From positions 992,001 to 1,056,000 of the forward strand of contig CAVVPN010000003.1 in the NCBI GenBank assembly GCA_963750165.1: a stretch of DNA of 64,000 nt. The letters are read 5' to 3'. How positions within the stretch are numbered: the first letter of the stretch is position 1; each line of letters begins with the position of its first letter. This DNA comes from an uncultured Gemmataceae bacterium. Lineage in GTDB: Bacteria; Planctomycetota; Planctomycetia; Gemmatales; Gemmataceae. Below, piece by piece: positions 47,572 to 60,152 of the stretch. The notes under the pieces are model-generated. The model was not told the origin of the DNA. It worked only from the letters and a program-made list of their open reading frames with translations, and made no database searches. A program made the position numbers and the translations under genes.

Positions 47572-48195
47572 ATGACCGCGAACGCCACCGACGACTTCCA
47601 GCAGCGTAAAAAGCAAATCCGCGAAGAGGCCCACCGCCGCCGCAATGAGCAGCCAGACAAGGACGCCCTGAGCCAGCACATCTGCGCCGCCTTCGTGGCC
47701 CTGCCCGAGTACGCCGCCGCGCGAACCGTGATGTTTTACGTCGATGTCCGCAGTGAGGTGCGCACGCGCCACTTCCTGCCGACCGCTCTGACGCACGGCA
47801 AGCGCATCGTCGTGCCCTACTGCGTCAACAACGAACTGGAGCTGTTTCTGCTGGAAAACATGGACGAACTCGCGGTCGGCATGTACCGGATTCTCGAACC
47901 GAAGGCGGAACTGCGGGCGCTGGCTGCCAAGCGCCTCGACGCGAAGGACCTGGACCTGGTGATGGTGCCGGGCGTGGCGTTCGACCGCCGCGGAGCGCGA
48001 ATGGGTCACGGCTTCGGCTATTACGACAAGCTGCTGCAGCACGCCCGGCCGGACGCGCCGCTGGTGGCCCTGGCGTTTGAGTGCCAGCTGTTCGACGAGA
48101 TTCCGACGGCGGCGCACGACATTTTCATGGACAAGATCATCACGGAGAAGGCGGTGTATGAGGGGCAGGGCCGCGGGGCGAGCGGCGCGGCGTAA
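47572..48195 (+). CDS. ygfA: 5-formyltetrahydrofolate cyclo-ligase
   Basis: K.QIR, SEVRT, ILEP, DLVMVPGVAFDRRGARMGHGFGYYDKLL, HDIFMDKIITE. Confidence 0.93.
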   Translation: MTANATDDFQQRKKQIREEAHRRRNEQPDKDALSQHICAAFVALPEYAAARTVMFYVDVRSEVRTRHFLPTALTHGKRIVVPYCVNNELELFLLENMDELAVGMYRILEPKAELRALAAKRLDAKDLDLVMVPGVAFDRRGARMGHGFGYYDKLLQHARPDAPLVALAFECQLFDEIPTAAHDIFMDKIITEKAVYEGQGRGASGAA

Positions 48196-48247
48196 GGGCG
48201 CCGGTGACAGCGCTACCTACCGGCGGGCTGACGCCGCGCCGCTCGCC
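48177..48247. repeat. Palindrome overlapping the cyclo-ligase stop codon, between convergent genes
   Basis: GGCGAGCGGCGCGGCGT ... ACGCCGCGCCGCTCGCC. Confidence 0.75.
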
Positions 48248-48255
48248 TCACCCGT

Positions 48256-48771
48256 TCAGTGGTCCTTGCACAGCCGCGTGATGTGCCGCAGCATGTCGCG
48301 CACGGAGACGATGCCGGTGGCCTGGCCGTCGTTGACCACGGGGATGTGCCGATAGCCGCCGCTGTCCATCTTGTGCAGCGCGAACGCCAGCGTGTCGGTA
48401 GCGCTGACGCTCTCCGGGTTGGGCGTCATGAACCGCTCCAACGGCAACTCGGCGTAGTTGTCGTGGACGCCGGCAACCTTGGTGAGCAGGTCGCGTTCGC
48501 TGAAAATGCCGAGCAGTTTGCCCGCGGCGTCCACGACCAGTACGGCGCCGCAGTTGTGGCCGAGCATGATGGCGATGGCCGCCCGCACCGGCGCATCCGG
48601 CGGCAGCGCCACCGGCGGGTTCGGCTTCAGGGAGCCGACCCGATCCTCCATGAGGCTGCGCTCGACCTTGTTCGTCCAGATCGGTTGGTCGAGCGGCGCC
48701 AGAGGCAGCTGGCAGTTGCTGCACTCCTCGCTGCCGGGCAGGTTGTCGTGGCCGCAGGACGGACAGATCAT
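48256..48771 (-). CDS. CBS-pair protein with N-terminal zinc ribbon
   Basis: MICPSC...CSNC; GIFSERDLL, MTPNP, GYRHIPVV, GIVSVRD. Confidence 0.9.
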   Translation of the reverse strand: MICPSCGHDNLPGSEECSNCQLPLAPLDQPIWTNKVERSLMEDRVGSLKPNPPVALPPDAPVRAAIAIMLGHNCGAVLVVDAAGKLLGIFSERDLLTKVAGVHDNYAELPLERFMTPNPESVSATDTLAFALHKMDSGGYRHIPVVNDGQATGIVSVRDMLRHITRLCKDH

Positions 48772-48790
48772 GTTTCACGCCCTGAAGTGT

Positions 48791-48863
48791 GGTCAGAAGT
48801 CAGAGGTCAGGCAGCCGGGTTTTTTCTGACTTCTGACCTCTGACTTCTGACCTCTGACCTCTG
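48791..48863. repeat. Heptamer inverted tandem repeat (GTCAGAG/CTCTGAC)
   Basis: About 3 units on the left and about 5 complementary units on the right. Confidence 0.85.
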
Positions 48864-48864
48864 G

Positions 48865-49885
<1,021 letters not shown>

Positions 49886-49986
49886 GCAAACCCCCTGCTC
49901 TGTGTGTAGCCCAGCCGTCGTCGGTCGGGCGCCAGTCTGCGGTGTGGGCGTCTCTCTATCGGTATTGTAGGGCGTGAACCTGGGTC

Positions 49987-50071
49987 TGAATTTCTGCCGC
50001 CTGCGGCTTACGCTCTGCAACCTTTCTGATGTCAGTTGGGTTGTACGCGCCAAGCCGCAAGCGGCAGAAAT

Positions 50072-50074
<3 letters not shown>
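49987..50074. repeat. Palindrome of the AAGCCGCAAGCGGC family between korA and korB
   Basis: TGAATTTCTGCCGCCTGCGGCTT ... AAGCCGCAAGCGGCAGAAATTCA. Confidence 0.82.
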
Positions 50075-51959
<1,885 letters not shown>

Positions 51960-51979
51960 GACAACCTCAAAAATGGCGA

Positions 51980-52447
<468 letters not shown>

Positions 52448-52750
52448 ATCGGCTCTCACCGGCGGGCGGCACACAGCGGCTGTCGCGCGGTCACTGGCCC
52501 TTCACGCCCGGGACGACTCTTGTTTAAGATAGCACTCGCGTTCCGGGTTGGCGGAACAATCGGGAGACGTCAGCGGGATTCGCGGAAGGACGTTCTCGAA
52601 CTTGTTTGCGCACGTTGCGTGACGGTTACCTGTGCATCTACCTTAATTCTCGACAAAAGGCGCGCGACCGGCAAGGGCGAAACCCGCGCTGCCCCCCGGC
52701 GCGGCGGACGGCGGTTGGTGTGAAGCTGTGAAAACGTGATCATCCGTGGG

Positions 52751-52817
52751 TCTTCGTGGGGCAGACATTCCTGTCTGCCATAGCATCCGGCAGACAGGAA
52801 TGTCTGCCCCACGAAGA
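52751..52817. repeat. REP doublet, family C
   Basis: TCTTCGTGGGGCAGACATTCCTGTCTGCC and its exact reverse complement. Confidence 0.9.
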
Positions 52818-52837
52818 AGCGAAGAGGGCCGACGCAC

Positions 52838-53683
52838 ATGCCCCAGCCCGACCGCCTGCTGCCCCTGTTGCGCCGCGCTGCCGTGCTGTGGCGAGCCACG
52901 CCCGGCCGCCGCGGCCGTCTGGTGTGTCCGCCCGACGCCACCGAACTGCTGGTCGGCGGCGATCTGCACGGCAACGTGGACAATTTTCGCCGGCTGCTGG
53001 TGGCCGCCGACCTCGCGCAGCAGTCGCGGCGACACCTGGTATTGCAGGAAGCGGTTCACGGCCCACACCGCTACCCGCAGGGCGGCGACAAGTCGCACCA
53101 GCTGCTCGACCTGATCGCGGCGCTGACCTGCCAGTTCCCGGGCCGCGTCCACTTCCTGCTCGGCAACCACGAGCTGGCGCAGTGGACGGAACAGACGATT
53201 TCCAAGGGGGACGATGACCTGAACGACCTGTTCCGGGCAGGCGTGGCCAGCGCTTACGGCAACCGGGCCGACGAGGTGTATGCCGCTTACCTGGACCTGT
53301 TCGCAGCAGCGCCGCTGGCGCTGCGGACGGCGAACCGTGTGTTCGTCAGTCACAGTCTGCCGTCGGCGCGGCGGCTGGCTAGCTTCGACCTGGCGCTGCT
53401 GGAGCGTGAGCGGCAGGACGAGGCGGAGTTGCTGGTGGGCGGCGGCGTCCATGCGCTGGTGTGGGGCCGCGACACCACGCCGGCGAACGTGGCCGACTTC
53501 CTGGGCAGGGTGGACGCGGACCTGCTCATCAGCGGCCACATTCCTTGCGACGACGGTTTCGCGGTGCCGAACGAGCGACAGCTGATCCTGGACAGCCATG
53601 CGGACCCGGCCTGTTACGGTTTGTTCCCGGCCGACCGGCCGCTGACGCACACCGAACTGGTCGGCTGTGTGGCGAAGCTGTGA
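52838..53683 (+). CDS. Metallophosphoesterase (calcineurin-like)
   Basis: GDLHG, LGNHE, SHS, GH motifs. Confidence 0.85.
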   Translation: MPQPDRLLPLLRRAAVLWRATPGRRGRLVCPPDATELLVGGDLHGNVDNFRRLLVAADLAQQSRRHLVLQEAVHGPHRYPQGGDKSHQLLDLIAALTCQFPGRVHFLLGNHELAQWTEQTISKGDDDLNDLFRAGVASAYGNRADEVYAAYLDLFAAAPLALRTANRVFVSHSLPSARRLASFDLALLERERQDEAELLVGGGVHALVWGRDTTPANVADFLGRVDADLLISGHIPCDDGFAVPNERQLILDSHADPACYGLFPADRPLTHTELVGCVAKL

Positions 53684-53713
53684 CCTTTGCGGAGGAGCGG
53701 GAGAATTGCGGAT

Positions 53714-54376
53714 ATGCGGGACGAAGCGGATTTGCCGGAGACGGTGCGTGAGACGGTCATCGTCGAGGAACAGACGTTCCTGATCGACCGGCCTGACGAG
53801 GCGGTGATGTACCAGGGCTTCAACCCGGGCAAGCCGGGCGTGCCCTACGAGGAGATGCCGTACTGGAGCGACATCTGGCCGGCGGCGCGGATGCTGGCCA
53901 AGGTGCTGTTGCGCGAGGAATGGCCGCCGGGAAGCCTGGCGCTGGAGGTCGGCTGCGGCCTGGGGCTGCCGGGCGTCGTGGCGCTGGCGCGCGGGCTGCG
54001 CGTCACCTTCAGCGATTACCATCGGCTGGCCCTGCGCTACGCCGAGCGCAACGCCCGGTTGAACGGCTTCGATCAGTTCGAGACGCTGGCCCTGGACTGG
54101 CGGCACCCGCCCGCGGACTTGCGCGTGGACTTGGTGCTGGGCTCCGATCTGATTTACGAGATCGACAACGTGGCGCCGCTGGTGGGCCTCATCAAGCAGG
54201 TGCTGAGGCAGGACGGACAGTGTCTGCTGACCGATCAGGAGCGCGTGCCGGCGTTCGCGGTGCGGGAGGCGCTGACGCAGGCGGGGCTGACGTTCACGAC
54301 ACAGACGCTGCGGGCGGGACAGCCCGGCGGCCGGCGCATCAAGGGGACGCTGTACTGCATCCGGCACTCCTCGTAG
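53714..54376 (+). CDS. Class I SAM methyltransferase (METTL21/lysine MTase-like)
   Basis: PYW..IWPAA, LEVGCGLGLPG, SDY, LDW, DLVLGSDLIY. Confidence 0.88.
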   Translation: MRDEADLPETVRETVIVEEQTFLIDRPDEAVMYQGFNPGKPGVPYEEMPYWSDIWPAARMLAKVLLREEWPPGSLALEVGCGLGLPGVVALARGLRVTFSDYHRLALRYAERNARLNGFDQFETLALDWRHPPADLRVDLVLGSDLIYEIDNVAPLVGLIKQVLRQDGQCLLTDQERVPAFAVREALTQAGLTFTTQTLRAGQPGGRRIKGTLYCIRHSS

Positions 54377-54441
54377 CGTAGGCGGCGGGGCTTCCGTTCA
54401 GGGCTGTGATTGGGTACGCTTGGCATAAGGAGGAACAAGCC

Positions 54442-55170
54442 ATGCCGCTACGGGATCACTTTCATCCGCCGTTGACGAAGATCCCGTCCTGGGAAGAACT
54501 CCACGGGGGCTGGCCGATGGTCATCGTCCAGCAACTTCGCAAGCAGTTGCCGCCCGGCTACGTCTCCGCGCCGCGGGTTCACCTCGGCGTGATGGTGGAG
54601 ATCGATGTCGCCGCCTACGAGAAGAAAGCCCCGTCGGCCTCCGATAACCCGAACCGCAACGGCGGGGCGCCGGCGGTGTGGGCGCCGGCGGCGCCGAGCG
54701 TCGCCGTCGAAACCGAGTTGCCGGACGACGACGAGTACGAGGTCCGCATTTACGACGCCGAACGGGGCCGGACCCTGGTGGCGGCGATCGAGATCGTCAG
54801 CCCGGCGACCAAGGACCGGCCCGAAACGCGGAACGCCTTCGTCGGGAAGTGTGCCGCCCTCCTGCGGAACGGCGTGGCGGTCAGTATCGTGGACGTCGTG
54901 ACCGCTCGCCGCTGCAACCTGTACGCGGAGTTGATGGCCTTCCTCGGCCACCCCGACCAGACCCTCGGCCCGGAACCGCCCCCGGTGTATGCCGCTTCGT
55001 GCCGGTGGCTGCGCAAGTCGGCCCGGGCCGTCCTCGAAACGTGGTCGCATGCCCTGATCATCGGGCAACCGCTGCCGACCCTCCCGTTGTGGCTGACCGA
55101 CACCCTGTCCGTGCCGCTCGACCTGGAACGTAGTTACGAGCAGGCGTGCGAGGACCTGAGCATCCCGTGA
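54442..55170 (+). CDS. DUF4058 family protein
   Basis: AGGAGG RBS; MPLRDHFHPP, WE..HG.W, LVAAIEIVSP..K, LPTLPLWL, LDLE.SY. Confidence 0.85.
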   Translation: MPLRDHFHPPLTKIPSWEELHGGWPMVIVQQLRKQLPPGYVSAPRVHLGVMVEIDVAAYEKKAPSASDNPNRNGGAPAVWAPAAPSVAVETELPDDDEYEVRIYDAERGRTLVAAIEIVSPATKDRPETRNAFVGKCAALLRNGVAVSIVDVVTARRCNLYAELMAFLGHPDQTLGPEPPPVYAASCRWLRKSARAVLETWSHALIIGQPLPTLPLWLTDTLSVPLDLERSYEQACEDLSIP

Positions 55171-55187
55171 CCTGACACTTTGTGCCG

Positions 55188-55283
55188 GCCCGCCGCGCCG
55201 TCGCGCTCGGCCGTCCGGCGGCGCTGGCCGGCTGGCTGTACGGCGTCGCCAGCCGCGTGGCGCTCAAGGCCCGGGCGCGCCGC
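55188..55283 (+). pseudogene. Fragment of a planctomycete ECF sigma factor, region 2
   Basis: Translates as ARRAVALGRPAALAGWLYGVASRVALKARARR with no surrounding sigma domains. Confidence 0.6.
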
Positions 55284-55349
55284 CCCGCTGCCCACACGCT
55301 GCTACATCCGCGTCGCCAACGTCCGCAAGGCGCCGGCCCCCTGACGCGA

Positions 55350-56501
55350 TCATTTCTTCCAGGTCTTGTCCGCCGCCTGGTTGAGCAACTGCTGGATGTT
55401 GTAGTCGCTGTCGGTGCCGGTGCGGCGGTTGAACAGCGCCGCGATGTTAACACCGTCGGGCCGCTGCAGCACCATCGCCCACGTCCCCGGCAGGCTGCCG
55501 AAGAACGCATAGGACGCCGAGCCGCCCTTGCGCGGCTCGCCGCTGACCCAGTACGCCTGCAGGAAGCGCACCAGGTCCGGCGCCGACGCGATCAGGCCGC
55601 CGTGCGCGTCCATCGCCTCCAGGTCGAAGCCGCCGTCCGGCCACGGCACCTGCACCTTGCTCGACGGCACCATCACGTTGCGCGTTAGCCCCGTGTCCAG
55701 GTACACCGGTTCCTTCGGGTTGCGGTTCTGCGGCAGCGTCCGGCCCAGCGCGATGCTCGACAGCCCCAGCGGTTGCAACACCTGCTGCCGCAGCGCCGTC
55801 GGGTAGGTCTGCCCCGTCGCCTTCTCGATGACGCGGCCCAGCAGACAGTAGCCGAAGTTCGAGTACACCGACTTCTTGCCCGGTGTGAACTGCAGCGGTT
55901 GGCCGGCCATGTACTTGATGATGTCGGCCGGTGTCGCCGGCCCCGGCTTGCCCAGGGCTTTCGCGATCTTCAGCGACTCGAACATCGGGTCGAAGGCCTT
56001 GTCGCGGTCCCAGCCGCCCTTGTGGTCGATCAGGTGCTTGACGGTGATGTCCTGCCAGCGCGGGTCCATCTTCTGCCCCTTCGGCGGTGTGATGCCGAGG
56101 TAGGCCACGATTTTCGTGTCGAAGCGGATTTTGCCTTCGCGGATGAGCTTCAGCAGCAACGCCAGGGTGATCGGCTTGCTGACGCTGGCGACGCGGAAGG
56201 GCGTGTCCGGGCCGAGCAGCTTGCCCTTGAACGGATCCTGGTAACCGTAGCCGCGGGCCAGCACGAGTTTGCCGTCCTTCATCACCGCCAGGGTGCCGCC
56301 CGTGATGTGGCGCTCGCGCATGAATTTCTGCATGGCGGCGTCGAACGCGGCCAGCGCCGGCACCGCCTGGCCACTCGTCGGCAGCGGGTACTTGACCGCC
56401 GGGGCCGGCTGCTGCCCCACGGCCGCGTTGACGCCGTGGCCGGCCAGGCTCAGCACGCCGACCGCCACACACGCCACCCAGGATCGATCCAACCCGTGCA
56501 T
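55350..56501 (-). CDS. Secreted serine hydrolase, beta-lactamase/AmpC-like family
   Basis: FRVASVSK (SxxK), YSNFGY (YxN), LL/LI.H.GG, GG..ASAPDL. Confidence 0.9.
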   Translation of the reverse strand: MHGLDRSWVACVAVGVLSLAGHGVNAAVGQQPAPAVKYPLPTSGQAVPALAAFDAAMQKFMRERHITGGTLAVMKDGKLVLARGYGYQDPFKGKLLGPDTPFRVASVSKPITLALLLKLIREGKIRFDTKIVAYLGITPPKGQKMDPRWQDITVKHLIDHKGGWDRDKAFDPMFESLKIAKALGKPGPATPADIIKYMAGQPLQFTPGKKSVYSNFGYCLLGRVIEKATGQTYPTALRQQVLQPLGLSSIALGRTLPQNRNPKEPVYLDTGLTRNVMVPSSKVQVPWPDGGFDLEAMDAHGGLIASAPDLVRFLQAYWVSGEPRKGGSASYAFFGSLPGTWAMVLQRPDGVNIAALFNRRTGTDSDYNIQQLLNQAADKTWKK

Positions 56502-56517
56502 GCTGCCGCCCCCTCTT

Positions 56518-56671
56518 GAGCGGTTCCCTCTGGGCTCGCGCACACCCCGTAGGACGGCTCTCCAGAGCCGTCTCGCCTGCAGAGACGGCTCTCCAGAGCC
56601 ATCTCGCCTCTCCGACGGCTCTGGAGAGCCGTCCTACGGGGTGGTGTGGTCCACACGGCTGTGAACCGCTC
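56518..56671. mobile_element. MITE-like shell with GAGCGGTTC...GAACCGCTC ends carrying three family A REP units
   Basis: Ends match those of 20664-20842 (21/27 left, 22/26 right); REP cluster at 56549-56637. Confidence 0.6.
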
Positions 56672-56688
56672 TAAACCGGCATCGTGTG

Positions 56689-57933
56689 TTACACCTGAGC
56701 CGCCGCCTGCTCCATTTCACGGCGGATGTCGTTCATCGGCTCGATCACGTCATCGACCTTGTCCTCGAACAGATCGCCGATGAGCAGGTCGGTCAGGTGG
56801 CCCTTGAGGTGCGGATACTTGCGGACGAAGCGGCCGAAGTTGAAGCCGTCGTAATACTCGCACACCAGCCGCCGCATCCGGTCCATGCCCACGTTGTAGT
56901 TCGCCGCCCAGCCGCCCAGCTGCGCCGCCGACGTGTCGCCCTTCGCCAGGCCGTCCGCGACCGCGTCCGCCGCCAGCGACCCCGACTTCAGCGCCAGCAG
57001 CACGCCCGAGGAGTACAGCGGGTCCAGGAAACCGTAAGCGTCGCCGACCAGCACCCAGCCGTCGCCGGCCGCCTGCGACGAACGGTACGAGTAATCCTTC
57101 GTCGTGCGGAACGGGGCCACACGCTGCGCCCCGGCGAGCAACGGTTGCACCCCCGGACAGCTCTCCACCTCTTCCTGATAAATCTTCTCGTAGTCGTCGC
57201 CGCGGTCCTTGAACAGCAGCCCCAGATCAGCGACGACGCCGACGCTGGTCACGTCGTCGTGCAGCGGGATGAACCAGAACCAGCCTTGCTTGCCCTTCGT
57301 CTGGATGACCAGCGTCGCCCCCGGGTCGATGCCCGCGCGCTTCGCCCCCTTGAAGTACGTCCACAGCGCGGCCTTCTTCAGCTTCGGGTCCCACACGCGC
57401 AGGTTGAAGCGATTCTGGATCAGCGAACTCTGGCCGCTGGCGTCCACCACCACCCGCGCCCGCACCGCGCACTGGCCGCCGTCCTCCAGTTGCACCTTGA
57501 CGCCGACGGCCCGCTCGCCCTCGAAGAGCACGTCGAGCACACGGGCGCCCTGATGCACCTGGACGCCATGCTCGGCGGCGTTGGTCAGCATCATCTCGTC
57601 GAACTCGCTGCGCAGCACCTGCCAGGTCTGTGAGCACTCGTGCGGCTTGTTCTGGAAGAAGATAAACGGCTCGGACAGCTTGCCGTTCTCGTTGATGAAC
57701 TGCACGCTGCGCTTCTCGACGAAGTGACTTTGCCGCATCTTCGGCAGCATGTTCAGCCGCCGCAGCACCCAGTACGTCTCGGGGATGAGCGACTCGCCGA
57801 TGTGGAAGCGCGGAAACCGCTCGCGCTCGAACAGCTGGACCCGGAAACCGCGCTGCGCGATCAGCGTCGCGGCGGTCGCGCCGGCCGGGCCGCCGCCGAT
57901 GACGGCCACGTCGGTCTGGTCAGGAATCGTCAT
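56689..57933 (-). CDS. FAD-dependent oxidoreductase of the flavin-dependent halogenase family
   Basis: GGGPAG, FPRFHIGESL, RSEFD, VVDASG, WFWFIP (WxWxIP), GDA..FLDPLYSSGV. Confidence 0.85.
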   Translation of the reverse strand: MTIPDQTDVAVIGGGPAGATAATLIAQRGFRVQLFERERFPRFHIGESLIPETYWVLRRLNMLPKMRQSHFVEKRSVQFINENGKLSEPFIFFQNKPHECSQTWQVLRSEFDEMMLTNAAEHGVQVHQGARVLDVLFEGERAVGVKVQLEDGGQCAVRARVVVDASGQSSLIQNRFNLRVWDPKLKKAALWTYFKGAKRAGIDPGATLVIQTKGKQGWFWFIPLHDDVTSVGVVADLGLLFKDRGDDYEKIYQEEVESCPGVQPLLAGAQRVAPFRTTKDYSYRSSQAAGDGWVLVGDAYGFLDPLYSSGVLLALKSGSLAADAVADGLAKGDTSAAQLGGWAANYNVGMDRMRRLVCEYYDGFNFGRFVRKYPHLKGHLTDLLIGDLFEDKVDDVIEPMNDIRREMEQAAAQV

Positions 57934-57996
57934 GCCATCCTCTCCTCGCTGGAAGTTTCAAGGACCGCCGCTTACGGCTAGCGGGGATCGCCAACC

Positions 57997-58026
57997 TTGC
58001 CCCTGGCGTCCGTCCCCTGGTATCAT
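57997..58026 (+). promoter_or_regulatory. Putative sigma70 promoter of the TA operon
   Basis: TTGCCC-N18-TATCAT, with an in-frame ATG 6 nt later at 58033. Confidence 0.45.
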
Positions 58027-58059
58027 CCTATCATGGACGCGAACACTGTTACTTCTGAT

Positions 58060-58416
58060 ATGACTCTTCCCACCACAGTCATCCCCGTCATCGGGGAGTA
58101 CATCGCGGTGCGGCCCGGCTATTGCGGCGGGAAGCCTCACGTCATCGGCCACCGCATCAAGGTTCAACACATCGCCCGCTGGCGCGAACATCTGGGGATG
58201 ACACCCGAGGAGATCGTCGCCACATATCCCAGTCTCTCGCTGCCGGCGGTCTTCGCGGCACTCGCTTATTACCACGGCCACCGGTCTGAGATCGACGCCG
58301 ACATCGAAGCCGACGAACAGTTCGTGGCGGAGTTGAAGACGAAGACTGGACCGTCAAAGCTTCAGGAAAAGCTGGCGGCGCTTCATGGCAAAGACGATCC
58401 GCTTTCACCTGGATGA
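58060..58416 (+). CDS. DUF433 family putative antitoxin (alternative start 58033)
   Basis: PGYCGGKPHVIGHRIKV, TPEEIVATYPSL, AALAYY. Confidence 0.9.
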   Translation: MTLPTTVIPVIGEYIAVRPGYCGGKPHVIGHRIKVQHIARWREHLGMTPEEIVATYPSLSLPAVFAALAYYHGHRSEIDADIEADEQFVAELKTKTGPSKLQEKLAALHGKDDPLSPG

Positions 58417-58720
58417 GAACTGCGACCCGCGGATTGCCGCAGGGCTGGCGCTGCACGGCGTTGATGTGACCACCACGCCTGGGGCGGGGTTGCTCCACGC
58501 TTCCGACGAGGCGCAGCTCGCCTACGCGGTCAGTCAGGGACGGATGATCGTGACGCAGGACACGGACTTCCTGCGCCTGGCGGCGGCCGGCCAGGAAACT
58601 CCAGGTGTGGCTTTCTACCCGGCCCAGGGGCGTTCCATCGGGCAGGTCATCCATGTCCTCCTCCTTATCTGGGAAGTGTACGAACCCGATGAGGTACGAA
58701 ACCGCGTGGAATTTCTCTGA
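58385..58720 (+). CDS. DUF5615 family PIN-like putative toxin
   Basis: FHLDEN, GVDV, SDEAQL, IVTQDTDF; overlaps the DUF433 gene. Confidence 0.9.
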   Translation: MAKTIRFHLDENCDPRIAAGLALHGVDVTTTPGAGLLHASDEAQLAYAVSQGRMIVTQDTDFLRLAAAGQETPGVAFYPAQGRSIGQVIHVLLLIWEVYEPDEVRNRVEFL

Positions 58721-58730
58721 GTGAGGAAAC

Positions 58731-58781
58731 GGAGTCGTGAGACTTCGGAAGGCACGTCCGAAGTCTCACGACTTCGGCTAC
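58731..58781. repeat. REP doublet, family B variant with degenerate left arm
   Basis: GGAGTCGTGAGACTTCGG ... CCGAAGTCTCACGACTTCGGCTAC. Confidence 0.75.
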
Positions 58782-58849
58782 AAACAAACCCGCGCTAACT
58801 GTGGCGCCACGGCCGGGGCCGCCCTGTTCGTTTGCCCAGTCGGTTGCCC

Positions 58850-58879
58850 TTGCCTCGCTCGCCCCGCGGCCGGTACAAT
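58850..58879 (+). promoter_or_regulatory. Putative sigma70 promoter
   Basis: TTGCCT-N18-TACAAT upstream of the gene at 59027. Confidence 0.5.
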
Positions 58880-59026
58880 CACCGACATTTCACCGGGACG
58901 GCCTGAACCGACCATCATCACTCGCCACCGCTCCGGCCGCGCCGGAACGGTGTCTGTAGTTTTGGGGCAACCGGCGCGTCCACGGGCGGACGACTCCCTA
59001 ACCCACGGCCAGAGCGCAGGAGTTCC

Positions 59027-60064
59027 ATGTCGATCCAAATCCTGTGCCCCAACGGGCACGAGCTGTTCGCGGAGCCCGAACACGTCGGCCGCAAGGTGCG
59101 CTGCCCCGCCTGCAAGGTGGTCCTCGTCGTCCCCGGCCCGAACCCGGGCGTGGCTGCCGCCATCGTGCAGGCGCCGCCGCTGCCGCCCGCCGCGCCGCCC
59201 CCGCGGATGGCACCGCCGCCGCCCCGGCGCGAGGCCCTCGACCAGCTCGAGGAGATCGATCAACTGGAGGAACTCCCCGCGGAGGGGCTGGACGACCTGG
59301 AGGCGCTCCCGGAAGAAGAAGAGGGGGAGCAGCGCCCCGGCCGGATGCGGAACAAGGATCGCATGCGGCGCGCGAACCTGGGGCTCGGTTGCCATTACCT
59401 CAAGATCCTGTTCATCCTGGCGGCGTTCTTCGTGGGCGTCGGCGGCAGCCTCCTGGGGGTCATCCTGGCCGTCGGCGGCGGCGGCGTGGCCCTGCTGCGC
59501 GTGGTCCAGATCGTCCAAAACATCATCTACCTGGCGGCGCCGCTCCTGGGACTGGCCGGCTCGTTCCTCTGTTTCTGGCTGCCGGTCAAGACCGGCGCCC
59601 GTGCCCTGATTATCGTCTCGTTCAGCCTGGACGCGGCTGCCCTGCTCTGCGCGCTCATCAGCCTGATCGCGGTGGTCGGCGCGATCCTGGCCGGCGCGGG
59701 CAGCACCACGGCGACGGGCATGCTGGCCCTGGCGGGCATCCTCAACCTGATCGCCGTCCTCGGCTTTTTCGTCGCCTGGATCTGCTTCATGATCGCCCTG
59801 CGCAACCTGGCCTATTACCTCAAAGACGAGGTGACCGGCGACGAGGCCATCAAACTCATGCTGTTCACCATCATCATCACGCCCCTGGGCCCGATTTTCC
59901 TCTTTTTCACGGTCCTCGTGCTCCTGGCCACCTCCCCGTTCCTCACCGGCATGGTCGCGCTCGTCATTCTCATCGGCTGGCTGGTCGGGCTGGGCAAAAC
60001 CATGTTCGGCATCCTGAACCTGCTCGCCACGCTGCGCCAGAACCTCCAGACGCGCTGGTCGTGA
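59027..60064 (+). CDS. Zinc-ribbon + Pro-rich linker + multi-pass membrane protein
   Basis: AGGAG RBS; CPNGH...VRCPAC; about 6 TM helices. Confidence 0.82.
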   Translation: MSIQILCPNGHELFAEPEHVGRKVRCPACKVVLVVPGPNPGVAAAIVQAPPLPPAAPPPRMAPPPPRREALDQLEEIDQLEELPAEGLDDLEALPEEEEGEQRPGRMRNKDRMRRANLGLGCHYLKILFILAAFFVGVGGSLLGVILAVGGGGVALLRVVQIVQNIIYLAAPLLGLAGSFLCFWLPVKTGARALIIVSFSLDAAALLCALISLIAVVGAILAGAGSTTATGMLALAGILNLIAVLGFFVAWICFMIALRNLAYYLKDEVTGDEAIKLMLFTIIITPLGPIFLFFTVLVLLATSPFLTGMVALVILIGWLVGLGKTMFGILNLLATLRQNLQTRWS

Positions 60065-60152
60065 GCGGCGGCGCTCCTGTCCGGCACGCGGGTGGCCGGC
60101 ATACATTAACGGGGTGGTGGTTGGGTTTCCGCAGGAGAAAAAGGGGGCCACA

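Noticed and set aside
55350..56501. Antibiotic-resistance beta-lactamase
   Set aside because: The motifs only support the broad serine hydrolase family, which is common in planctomycetes.
56549..56637. Possible CRISPR array in the repeated REP units
   Set aside because: The units include an inverted copy, spacers are only about 10 nt, and no cas genes are present.
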